In this document: positions 17,701 to 24,862 of the stretch, piece by piece
Layout of the letters: each line of letters opens with the position of its first letter
Numbering within the stretch: position 1 is the stretch's first letter
Source: Pseudonocardiales bacterium
Lineage (GTDB): Bacteria > Actinomycetota > Actinomycetes > Mycobacteriales > QHCA01
NCBI GenBank assembly: GCA_040003795.1
Contig: JBDUBV010000001.1
Span: forward strand, 1-45,692
Length of the DNA: 45,692 nucleotides
Direction: 5' to 3'
Made by a program: the position numbers and the translations under genes
The notes under the pieces: generated by a model
Database searches by the model: none
Seen by the model: the letters and a program-made list of their open reading frames with translations, nothing else
What the model was told of the DNA's origin: nothing

Positions 17701-19199
17701 GGCGGCCAGATGGTGGACGCGGGCGGGGCGAGAAGGACGTAACCGTTGTCGTGCAGCACGGTGCGCCAGCCGACGCCCACCAGCAGTGGCACCAGCGGAG
17801 CGTCGGAGGGCAGCACGGCGGCGTCCGGGTCGAGGTCCTGCACGGTCGAGCGCCAGCCGGGGCGGCCGTCCGTCATCGCGAAGTAGCGGCTCAGAAAGGT
17901 GCGACCGTAGCGGTCCGCGCGCCCGTCCACGGCCACCCGCACCGAGGGTCCCGCCGACGTGGCGAGGTAGCCGCCGATGTCGTAGTCGTTGAGGACCCGG
18001 ATCGGCGCGGGCTCCGAGCGCAGCGCCGCGGCGATGTGGGACGGCGCCCACAGCGGTGTTGTCGGCTTGGTGAGCGTTGCGACCAGCAGGGCCATCACCG
18101 TTGTACCGACGAGCGCAGCCACCGCAGCGGTGGGAACCCGTCTGATGGTGCGGCCCCCCGAGCGGCCGTCCAGGACTCGCGCAGTCACCGGCGCGATCAG
18201 GATGCAGGCCGGGCCGAGGTTGCGCCAGGCAAGCCCGGCATAGCCCGCCACCGCGAGCACCCACAACACCTCCGATCGGCTCGGCCTGCTGGCGCTGACG
18301 GCCCATCCGACGACGACGATCACGAGCAGCGCGACAAAGCCCCAGGCGAACGGCCGGTCGAGTCGAGGGGCGAGCCACTCCGCGAGGTGACCGTGCGCCG
18401 CAGCGCTGACCTGCCACGGCGCCAGCAGCAGTCGAGGCCCCACCGGCGTGAACATCGCGACGACGGGCGACAGGGCGGCGCTGAGGATCAAGGCGCGTTG
18501 GTCGGGAGCGCCCAGCCGGTCACCGTCGAGCCGACGGGCTACCACGACGACGAGCAACGTGACTGGGACCAGCACCCACAGGCCGTGGGTCAAGGCCCAC
18601 AGCCATGTCACCGTGAGCAGCACCGGGACCGGAGGCTGCCCGACGTGGCGGCGGGCCCGGTCACACACCCAACTGAGCCAGACAACGAAGACCATCGAGG
18701 CCAGCTGCGGCCGTTCCTCGAGGAAGGGATACACGCTGAGGCAGGCCAGGCAGAACACGATGGCCTGACTGCTCGGGCGGTGCCGGCGCAGCAGCACGTG
18801 CAAGCCGCCCAGCAGGGCGAGCGTCCCGGCCAGCTCCAGGAGCACCACGCCGCGGTCGCCGCCGATGCGGTGCACTGCAGCGAGCGCGATGTCGGCCGCC
18901 CAGGAGCTGGTGGACCACACCGTTGCGGGCCTGGTGTAGGCCCAGGCGTCCGGCAGGAGCGGGTGCCCGTGTCGCAGGATTTGCTCGCCCACAGCAACGT
19001 GCAGGAAGACGTCGTGGTCGTGGATCGGCCCGATGGAGGTGGCCGCCGTCAGGGTCCCGGCGACGATCGACAGCAGCGTCCACGCCGCGGGTCCTCGGCG
19101 TTGGCCGCTGGCGCCGCCGGGGCCGATGGCTGCTGGGGCAGCGTCGGCATCGGCATTGGTGCGTTGCGCGGGGCGCCAGGCTGGGGCCGTTCTGGTCAC
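17697..19199 (-). CDS. polytopic membrane protein with a DxD loop and a C-terminal soluble domain (GT-C-like, paralog B)
   Basis: 500 aa with a GTG start at 19199. It has the same layout as paralog A: IHDHDVFLHVAVGEQILRHGH after TM1, LWALTHGLW, and a C-terminus VLNDYDIGGYL...VDGRADRYG...PDAAVL...GWRTVLHDNGYVLL. It starts 73 nt downstream of flp1. Confidence 0.6.
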   Translation of the reverse strand: MTRTAPAWRPAQRTNADADAAPAAIGPGGASGQRRGPAAWTLLSIVAGTLTAATSIGPIHDHDVFLHVAVGEQILRHGHPLLPDAWAYTRPATVWSTSSWAADIALAAVHRIGGDRGVVLLELAGTLALLGGLHVLLRRHRPSSQAIVFCLACLSVYPFLEERPQLASMVFVVWLSWVCDRARRHVGQPPVPVLLTVTWLWALTHGLWVLVPVTLLVVVVARRLDGDRLGAPDQRALILSAALSPVVAMFTPVGPRLLLAPWQVSAAAHGHLAEWLAPRLDRPFAWGFVALLVIVVVGWAVSASRPSRSEVLWVLAVAGYAGLAWRNLGPACILIAPVTARVLDGRSGGRTIRRVPTAAVAALVGTTVMALLVATLTKPTTPLWAPSHIAAALRSEPAPIRVLNDYDIGGYLATSAGPSVRVAVDGRADRYGRTFLSRYFAMTDGRPGWRSTVQDLDPDAAVLPSDAPLVPLLVGVGWRTVLHDNGYVLLAPPASTIWPP

Positions 19200-19230
19200 C
19201 GCGCGCCCCCGTCTTCTGCCCAGGTCCTGC

Positions 19231-19256
19231 GCAAGCCGGTCAGCTGTCCGGCTTGC
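19231..19256 (-). terminator. stem-loop 17 nt after the flp1 stop (9-bp perfect stem, 8-nt loop)
   Basis: GCAAGCCGG (19231-19239) and CCGGCTTGC (19248-19256) are exact reverse complements. No U-tract follows, so this is more likely an attenuator or mRNA-stabilising hairpin than a full intrinsic terminator. Confidence 0.5.
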
Positions 19257-19272
19257 CGGACCCCCGTCGCGC

Positions 19273-19470
19273 TCAGCAGCCTGGGGCTCCGCCTGAAGCG
19301 TTCTTGAGGCTGTTACACGTCGTCCCGAAGACGCCGGAGATGGTGCTGCCGAACAGGAACAGAACAGCCACGATCACCGCTGCGATGGCGGCAACGAGCA
19401 GGGCGTATTCCACCGCTGAAGCACCCCCATCCCCGCGAGTGAGGAATCGGATGTGCGTGCGAGCCAGCAT
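19273..19470 (-). CDS. flp: Flp family type IVb pilin (prepilin), copy 1
   Basis: 65 aa: MLARTHIRFLTRGDGG/ASAVEYALLVAAIAAVIVAVLFLFGSTISGVFGTTCNSLKNASGGAPGC. It has the Flp G/xxxxEY processing motif plus a hydrophobic helix. An AGGAGA Shine-Dalgarno lies upstream. Confidence 0.9.
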   Translation of the reverse strand: MLARTHIRFLTRGDGGASAVEYALLVAAIAAVIVAVLFLFGSTISGVFGTTCNSLKNASGGAPGC

Positions 19471-19514
19471 CGGTTCTCCTAGTTGTGAAGACGGGCAAAT
19501 GAAACCCTCGGTCG

Positions 19515-19546
19515 CACGGTCAGGCAGGTTGGCCTGCTCGACCGTG
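19515..19546 (-). terminator. stem-loop 16 nt after the flp2 stop (7 bp + 2-nt mismatch + 5 bp, 4-nt loop)
   Basis: CACGGTCAGGCAGG (19515-19528) pairs with CCTGCTCGACCGTG (19533-19546), with one 2-nt internal mismatch. No U-tract follows. Confidence 0.45.
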
Positions 19547-19561
19547 TGACCGTGAGGAGGT

Positions 19562-19768
19562 TCAGCAGCCCGTGGTACCGCTGGAGCTCTTGATGCTGTT
19601 GCAGGTGGTCTTGAAGACACCTTCGATGGTGCTGCCGAACAGGAACAGGACGGCCACGATGACCGCGGCGATGGCCGCGACGAGCAGCGCGTACTCCACT
19701 GCGGAGGCGCCCTCATCCTGCTTGGTCTTGATCGCGACGAGCAACCGGACGTAGAACTGGGTGAGCAT
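19562..19768 (-). CDS. flp: Flp family type IVb pilin (prepilin), copy 2
   Basis: 68 aa: MLTQFYVRLLVAIKTKQDEG/ASAVEYALLVAAIAAVIVAVLFLFGSTIEGVFKTTCNSIKSSSGTTGC. An AGGAGG Shine-Dalgarno lies upstream. The 29-residue core GASAVEY...GSTI is identical to copy 1. Confidence 0.9.
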   Translation of the reverse strand: MLTQFYVRLLVAIKTKQDEGASAVEYALLVAAIAAVIVAVLFLFGSTIEGVFKTTCNSIKSSSGTTGC

Positions 19769-19872
19769 GCTGTCCTCCTGGGGACCGAGACTGGATGTGC
19801 TGTGCTGCACCCCCCTCGAGAGGCAGCCGCCCATAGGATGCCGGTGCCACGGCCAGGAACACATCGGCTGCC

Positions 19873-19908
19873 CGGGCGGTGAACTTAGTCCATCTGACCT
19901 ATTGACAA
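19873..19908 (-). promoter_or_regulatory. candidate flp promoter in an AT-rich patch
   Basis: On the minus strand: TTGTCA (plus-strand 19903-19908), then 15 nt, then TAAGTT (plus-strand 19882-19887, fits TANNNT). The spacer is short for a canonical promoter, hence the low confidence. This is the only AT-rich stretch between the response regulator stop and flp2. Confidence 0.3.
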
Positions 19909-19923
19909 ACGGGCGACGAGTCC

Positions 19924-20565
19924 CTATGGCGGGGGGGGAGCGCCGCTTTGCAGCAGCCCGAGCCGCAGCGCGGTCATCAGCGCCTGTGCCCGGTTGCCGG
20001 CTCCCAGCTTGCCGTACAGCTTGGAGATGTGCGTCTTGGCCGTCGACTCGCTGATGTAGAGCTTCTTGGAGATGGCCGCCACCGACATGCCCTCGGCGAG
20101 CAGGATCAGCACCTGGCTCTCGCGTTGGGACAGTTGGGGTCCGCTCGGTGCCAGGCGCCGTTTCATCGCCTCCGCCAATTCCGCGGCACTGAAGGCGTTC
20201 GGCGACGCAAAGGCGTGGCGCGCCGCGGCGACGACCTCATCGGCCGGGGACTGCTTGGGAACGAAGGCGGATGCACCGGCGTTGAGCGCGCCGAACAGGT
20301 GCTCATCCCCGGCGTACATAGTCAGAACCACGATCCCGAGGGAAGCCCGTGCAGCCCGGAGCTGGCGGGTGATGTCAAGGCCGCTGCCGTCCGGAAGCTG
20401 GATATCGGTGACGACGACGTCGGGCTGCAATTCGGTGGCCGTGCGCAGTGCCTCTGCGACCGTGCCCGCTTCGCCCACGACGTGGAAGTCGCCGGCCCGC
20501 TCGAACGCACGGCGCAGGCCCTGCCGGATCAGCTCGTGATCATCGATCAGAAGGACGGTGGGCAC
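19924..20565 (-). CDS. NarL/LuxR family response regulator
   Basis: VLLIDDHELIRQGL...DVVVTDIQLPDGSG...VVLT (receiver with intact acidic pocket), then LSQRESQVLILLAEGMSVAAISKKLYISESTAKTHISKLYGKLG (GerE HTH). GTG start at 20565. Confidence 0.9.
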   Translation of the reverse strand: MPTVLLIDDHELIRQGLRRAFERAGDFHVVGEAGTVAEALRTATELQPDVVVTDIQLPDGSGLDITRQLRAARASLGIVVLTMYAGDEHLFGALNAGASAFVPKQSPADEVVAAARHAFASPNAFSAAELAEAMKRRLAPSGPQLSQRESQVLILLAEGMSVAAISKKLYISESTAKTHISKLYGKLGAGNRAQALMTALRLGLLQSGAPPPP

Positions 20566-22192
20566 TGCCTACTCCCTGCCTGACGCCGTTACCGGCGGCC
20601 AGCGTACGCCCTGGGGACGCCAAACCGAGCTGCACGTGCACCCGGGTGCCGTGCGGCTGCCGGGCGCCGACTTCGAGCGCGGCTCCCAGCCTGGCCGCTC
20701 TCTCGCGCATGATCGCCTGACCGTAACTGTCCTGTCGCCGCTCGGTGGGCATGCCCACCCCGTCATCCTCGACGACAATGGTCGCGTGGGCCGGCTGCAC
20801 GGTCACGCTGACCCAGAGATTGCTGGCACGGGCATGCTTGCGGGCGTTCGTCACCGCCTCCTGCGTGATCCGGAACAGCTCCGCCTCAGTCGCCGCGGGT
20901 AGCCTCCGGGTGGACTCGTCCAATGTGATGTGGACGGTCAGCCCGGAACTTGCCCCTATCGTCCGTACGTAGGCTGAGATCGCGGCGCCCAGCCCGCCGT
21001 GCGGGTCGATGTCGCTGCGAAGGTCGAACAGCGAGAGGCGCAACTCTGAAATGATCCGGGTCACCTCGACGCGCAACTGGCCAAGGGCTGTCCGAGCGTC
21101 GTCGGCACCCTCAGGGGTCTCGGCCAGCGCGTGGTCTATGCCGTAGCCCACGATCACCAACTCTTGCGCGATCCCGTCATGGATCTCGCGGGCGACCCTC
21201 TGGCGCTCCTCGGTAGTGGCGAGGTCTCGGACCTCGTCGAACAGCAGGGCGGTCTCGAGCCGGAGGGCCGCGTCGGCGCAGGCCGCATTCATGCGCCCGA
21301 CCGCCGCCAGATCGGGGGCTCGATCGCGCCCCTGCAAGCCGACCAACCCCACCGTGCGAATGCCGACGAGGAGCGGAAAGATGAGCAGCCAGCCGTCGCC
21401 GTCTACGGCGGTCAACCGGTGCGCCTGCGCGGCCCACGCGTCTGCGAACAACGAGTCACCGGTGATTTGGACGTCCCACTGCTGCGCCGCGTCCGCGTCG
21501 CCTCCGAGCTGCACAAGTCGTTCTCCCCCCGTGCGGGCGAAGACGGCGACGCTGTCGGCCGAGGCGCGCAGCTTGAGGTCATCGGCGAGCTGGGTAGAGA
21601 TGCTTACCGGGTCAAGGGTGCCGGGCAGCTGACGAGCGACACTGCGCAGCTGGGTGAGCAGCCGGTAGGCGGTCCCGAACAATGGCTGGTCCACCGTCGG
21701 CTGCAGCCTCAACAGTCGCCGGGACCATGCGGCCACCAGACCGGCGGCCAGGGCGATGACCACCCCCTGGCCAACGTTGTCCAGGTAGGCCACGTCGGTC
21801 AAGCGGTCTGTGGCGGCCCCGGCGGCCAGCAGGATCGCCGCGCCCAGCCCGGTCAGAATTGTCGCGTCGATCGCCCCGGAGAACAGTCCGGCGGCGAGCA
21901 CCGGCACGGCCAGGAGCAGGAAGAAGGCTCCGGTTGCCCCCTGGGTCAGCAGGACAGCGGCACAGATGACGCTGACTTCCGCAGCGCGGGCAAATCGTGC
22001 GGTGAGCGACTCCTGCGGCAGTCGAACGGGCGCCGCTGCCACCGCTAAGAGGACGATGACGCCCGCTACGGCAGGTCCGAACGAGTGTCCTGCGGCGGCC
22101 ACCACGAGGCAGAGCACCAGCAAGACGGCCCGGAAAATCCAGACGACGCGCTGGGGCCTGGCCTGAATGGTCAGTGCTGCCTGTGACGCCAC
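20540..22192 (-). CDS. membrane sensor histidine kinase (TM region + GAF-like + HisKA_3 + HATPase_c)
   Basis: About 5 TM segments, a central GAF-like region, and the H-box ERQRVAREIHDGIAQEL. The ATPase blocks are TQEAVTNARKHA and VEDDGVGM. Its 3' end overlaps the regulator start by 26 nt. Confidence 0.9.
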   Translation of the reverse strand: MASQAALTIQARPQRVVWIFRAVLLVLCLVVAAAGHSFGPAVAGVIVLLAVAAAPVRLPQESLTARFARAAEVSVICAAVLLTQGATGAFFLLLAVPVLAAGLFSGAIDATILTGLGAAILLAAGAATDRLTDVAYLDNVGQGVVIALAAGLVAAWSRRLLRLQPTVDQPLFGTAYRLLTQLRSVARQLPGTLDPVSISTQLADDLKLRASADSVAVFARTGGERLVQLGGDADAAQQWDVQITGDSLFADAWAAQAHRLTAVDGDGWLLIFPLLVGIRTVGLVGLQGRDRAPDLAAVGRMNAACADAALRLETALLFDEVRDLATTEERQRVAREIHDGIAQELVIVGYGIDHALAETPEGADDARTALGQLRVEVTRIISELRLSLFDLRSDIDPHGGLGAAISAYVRTIGASSGLTVHITLDESTRRLPAATEAELFRITQEAVTNARKHARASNLWVSVTVQPAHATIVVEDDGVGMPTERRQDSYGQAIMRERAARLGAALEVGARQPHGTRVHVQLGLASPGRTLAAGNGVRQGVGSAHRPSDR

Positions 22193-22338
22193 GGCGCCAC
22201 CGTACGCCGCCGTTGGCCTGCCGCGAGGCCGCGGGCCGGTCAGCGGGTCGAGGTGATCGGTGTCGAATGGATGGCCGGCCTGCCACCGGGGTGACGCGGG
22301 GTGGGCAAGCGCCTGTGCTGATCGTTGATCAGCCCCTG

Positions 22339-23691
22339 CTAATTCCGGTACTCCCCGAGCTTTCGAGCCAGACGTCTTACCAGCACGGCCGTGGTCAACA
22401 GTCGAGCGGCCTCGGCGCAGAGGCCCAGCACTGCCTCGAGGTCGCGCTTGACGAAGGGGGGAGCATCTCGGCCGATCAGGACCAGGCCGGCGACTCGGGC
22501 GATCGGTACACCGATGATGTGCCGGCAGGCAGCAAGTGGCGCATCGGCGAGGCGACCACGCACGATGTCGGAGTCGGTCACCATGAACGCGTGCCCGGCC
22601 AAGACGACGTCACGGACCAACCAGTGCCCCTCACCTAGGCGCGCTCGCCGTTCCGCGCCGCTCAGGCCCTTGCTGGCGTACACCAGCCAGGTCTGCTCGT
22701 CGGGCAGGATGAGGCATCCCGCGTCGCCACCCGAACGATCGAGTGACTCAGCCAGCACCACGTCAGCGGTCTCCCCTACGCCAGCCATCTGATCGGAGCG
22801 TTCCAGCAGCCGCTGGAGGAGCTCATCGAGGGCCAACGGCGGTGCGGCGACCGGGACAGCGGGTCGCGGCGCCCTTGCCGTCGGGAAGATTCGCCGGGGT
22901 CGCTCACGAGGCGCAGGAGCCGAGGAGACCAGTGCAGCGACCGGCTTGGCCGCAGGTGCCTGCTTGCGCGGTGCCTGCTGCGGCCTTGGCGCCTCAGCCG
23001 GGGTCGCCTGACGCGGTGAGCTGGCAGATGCCGGATGAGCCACCGTGAGCGGTTCCGGGCGGCGGCCACTGTGCCGCTGTGCCCCGGCGAACGATGCATC
23101 GAAGCGGGCAACGACGGGCGCAAGGGGGAGGCCGAGTGCCGTTGCGATCGCGCGTACGAGGTCGCGGGCAAACTCGACGTCATCACAACCGGAGAAGTCG
23201 TCATCCTCGATCTGGCCGACGGTCGCCTGCAGAATCAGGGTACGGCGGGACACGTCGGCCAAGGACCATCCCTGCTTCTCCCGCGCGCCCTTGAGCAAGG
23301 TGCCGATCGAGTCAGCCTCCGGCGCCCCGATCGCGACCGCGGGTGTACTGGCACCGAGAGCATCGTGCACCGCGGTGAGAAGCGCCCCCTTGGACAGCGG
23401 GAGCTGCAAGAAGGTCACACCCGACAGCCGTAGTAGGCGTACGCGATCCCACAGTGCCTCACCGTCGGTAGCCACGATGACAGGAAGCGTCAAGCCGTCT
23501 CCCTGCAAGCCCTGGAGAACTGCCTCAACCGCCACCGGGTCGCCGACGTCCAGGATCGCCGCATCGGCGACCGCCAACCCAGCGCGCCATTCGTCCGCGG
23601 CATCGGGCCGCAGGACCACGAGCTCGTAGGGCTCCGAGGCAAGTGCCATGGCTAGGGCCGCGTTGCGGGTGACAAGCAATAGTCGACTCAT
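22339..23691 (-). CDS. pseudo-receiver / HTH (XRE/RodZ-like) / Pro-rich linker / GAF domain regulator
   Basis: 450 aa from the ATG at 23691. MSRLLLVTRNAALAMA...AAILDVGD...PVIVATDG...FLQLPLS is a receiver fold lacking the DD pocket and the conserved Lys. LLKGAREKQGWSLADVSRRTLILQATVGQIEDDDF is the HTH. A roughly 110-aa Pro/Ala-rich linker follows, then a C-terminal GAF-like domain (DAGCLILPDEQTWLVYASKG...GVPIARVAGLVLIGRD). Confidence 0.7.
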   Translation of the reverse strand: MSRLLLVTRNAALAMALASEPYELVVLRPDAADEWRAGLAVADAAILDVGDPVAVEAVLQGLQGDGLTLPVIVATDGEALWDRVRLLRLSGVTFLQLPLSKGALLTAVHDALGASTPAVAIGAPEADSIGTLLKGAREKQGWSLADVSRRTLILQATVGQIEDDDFSGCDDVEFARDLVRAIATALGLPLAPVVARFDASFAGAQRHSGRRPEPLTVAHPASASSPRQATPAEAPRPQQAPRKQAPAAKPVAALVSSAPAPRERPRRIFPTARAPRPAVPVAAPPLALDELLQRLLERSDQMAGVGETADVVLAESLDRSGGDAGCLILPDEQTWLVYASKGLSGAERRARLGEGHWLVRDVVLAGHAFMVTDSDIVRGRLADAPLAACRHIIGVPIARVAGLVLIGRDAPPFVKRDLEAVLGLCAEAARLLTTAVLVRRLARKLGEYRN

Positions 23692-23916
23692 ACTGGTCTC
23701 GCCACCGTGATGGCAGGCCGTAGGTTCGCGGCCGGCCTCCGCTGCACTGGGCCCCCTCGCCTGGCGATCTTCACCTGTCGCGTCCGGCGTGCGAACGCTC
23801 AAGGGCCGGATGCCTGCTCTCGACAGGGATTGTGAGCGGCAGTTGGGGATCCGGCAAGCTCAGAGCGGTGAACGGGCGGCCCTCGCTGCGCCGCTAGCGG
23901 GAAAGCGATCAGGCGC

Positions 23917-24861
23917 TCATTTTCCGACTCCGCCGAAGGTGTGGATGATGTTGATGACCGCTGGCCCCAGAATGACGATGAACAGCGCCGGCAGGATGGT
24001 GAAGATCAACGGGAAGAGGATCTTGACTGGCACTTTCTGAGCCTGTGCTTCGGCGCGCTGGCTGCGCTTCAGCCGCATCTCGTGGGCCTGGATGCGCAGG
24101 ACGTTGGCGATGGGGATGCCAAAGGAATCCGCTTGAATCATGGCGGTCACGAAGCCGCGGAGTTCCGGAAGGTCGGTGCGCTCGCCGAGACCACGCATGG
24201 CGTCTGAACGTCCCACGCCGATCTGCATCTCCTGGAGGACTCGGAAGAATTCTTCGGCCAAGGGCCCGACAGTGTTCCGGGCCACCTGGGAGAGCGCCGA
24301 GTCGAATGCCAAGCCGGCCTCGACGGAGATCGTGAGCAGGTCCAGGGCATCCGGCAACTCCTTGCGCATGCGGTCCCGCCTGTTGTATGCGCGCTGGTAG
24401 AGCCAGAGATCGACGGCAAAGAACCCGATGACCGTCACGATCGCGGTCACCCCGATGAACACCAGGGCGCGCAGGCCCAACAGCGCCGAGAGGGCAACGC
24501 CCAGAATCAGGCCGGCGAGCAGGCCTAGCGTCTTGAAGGCCAGCACCCGGTCGGGGTCCCAGCGAGCCGGGCTTCCGGCGAGATCGAGCTTGTGGCGGTA
24601 TTTCTCGGTCTGCCCGCCCGGCGTGAGACGACGCCCGAGCCTGCTCAGCCGCACGAGTGCCGGGCCGACGACCCGCTCGTCGAAGCCACGGTCGGTGTCG
24701 CGTCGAAGTGCGTTGGGTGTGGACTCCAGCGCGCGCACGGCCGCGAGGGAGCGGCCCACCTGCGAGCGCTCCGCTGTGAACACTCCGATCGTGGTCAGCA
24801 GCAGGGTCAGGGCGAGAAAGATCGCACCGAGCCCACCCAGAAGCAGGAGCTGGGGTGTCAT
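23917..24861 (-). CDS. tadC: Tad pilus platform protein TadC (T2SS F family)
   Basis: 314 aa with N-terminal TMs. The T2SSF domain reads LPDALDLLTISVEAGLAFDSALSQVA...MQIGVGRSDAMRGLGERT, with C-terminal TMs. Its start is 1 nt after the tadB stop. Confidence 0.9.
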   Translation of the reverse strand: MTPQLLLLGGLGAIFLALTLLLTTIGVFTAERSQVGRSLAAVRALESTPNALRRDTDRGFDERVVGPALVRLSRLGRRLTPGGQTEKYRHKLDLAGSPARWDPDRVLAFKTLGLLAGLILGVALSALLGLRALVFIGVTAIVTVIGFFAVDLWLYQRAYNRRDRMRKELPDALDLLTISVEAGLAFDSALSQVARNTVGPLAEEFFRVLQEMQIGVGRSDAMRGLGERTDLPELRGFVTAMIQADSFGIPIANVLRIQAHEMRLKRSQRAEAQAQKVPVKILFPLIFTILPALFIVILGPAVINIIHTFGGVGK

Positions 24862-24862
24862 G

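Noticed and set aside
19273-19470. The N-A-S sequon in the tail of Flp copy 1 as evidence for N-linked glycosylation.
   Set aside because: The sequon is present in only one of the two paralogs (copy 2 has SSSGTT instead). The Ser/Thr-rich tails fit O-linked modification at least as well. It is therefore kept only as a general glycosylation hypothesis.
19931-19938. The G8 homopolymer (C8 on the coding strand) at the 3' end of the response regulator gene as a slipped-strand phase-variation switch.
   Set aside because: It encodes the terminal PPPP, immediately before the stop codon. Slippage would alter only the extreme C-terminal tail after the HTH, so an on/off effect is unlikely.
23891-23900. 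The 10-nt perfect palindrome CCGCTAGCGG just downstream of tadC as a terminator or operator.
   Set aside because: It has no loop and only 4-5 pairable positions per arm. Short GC-rich palindromes of this kind are frequent by chance in this composition.
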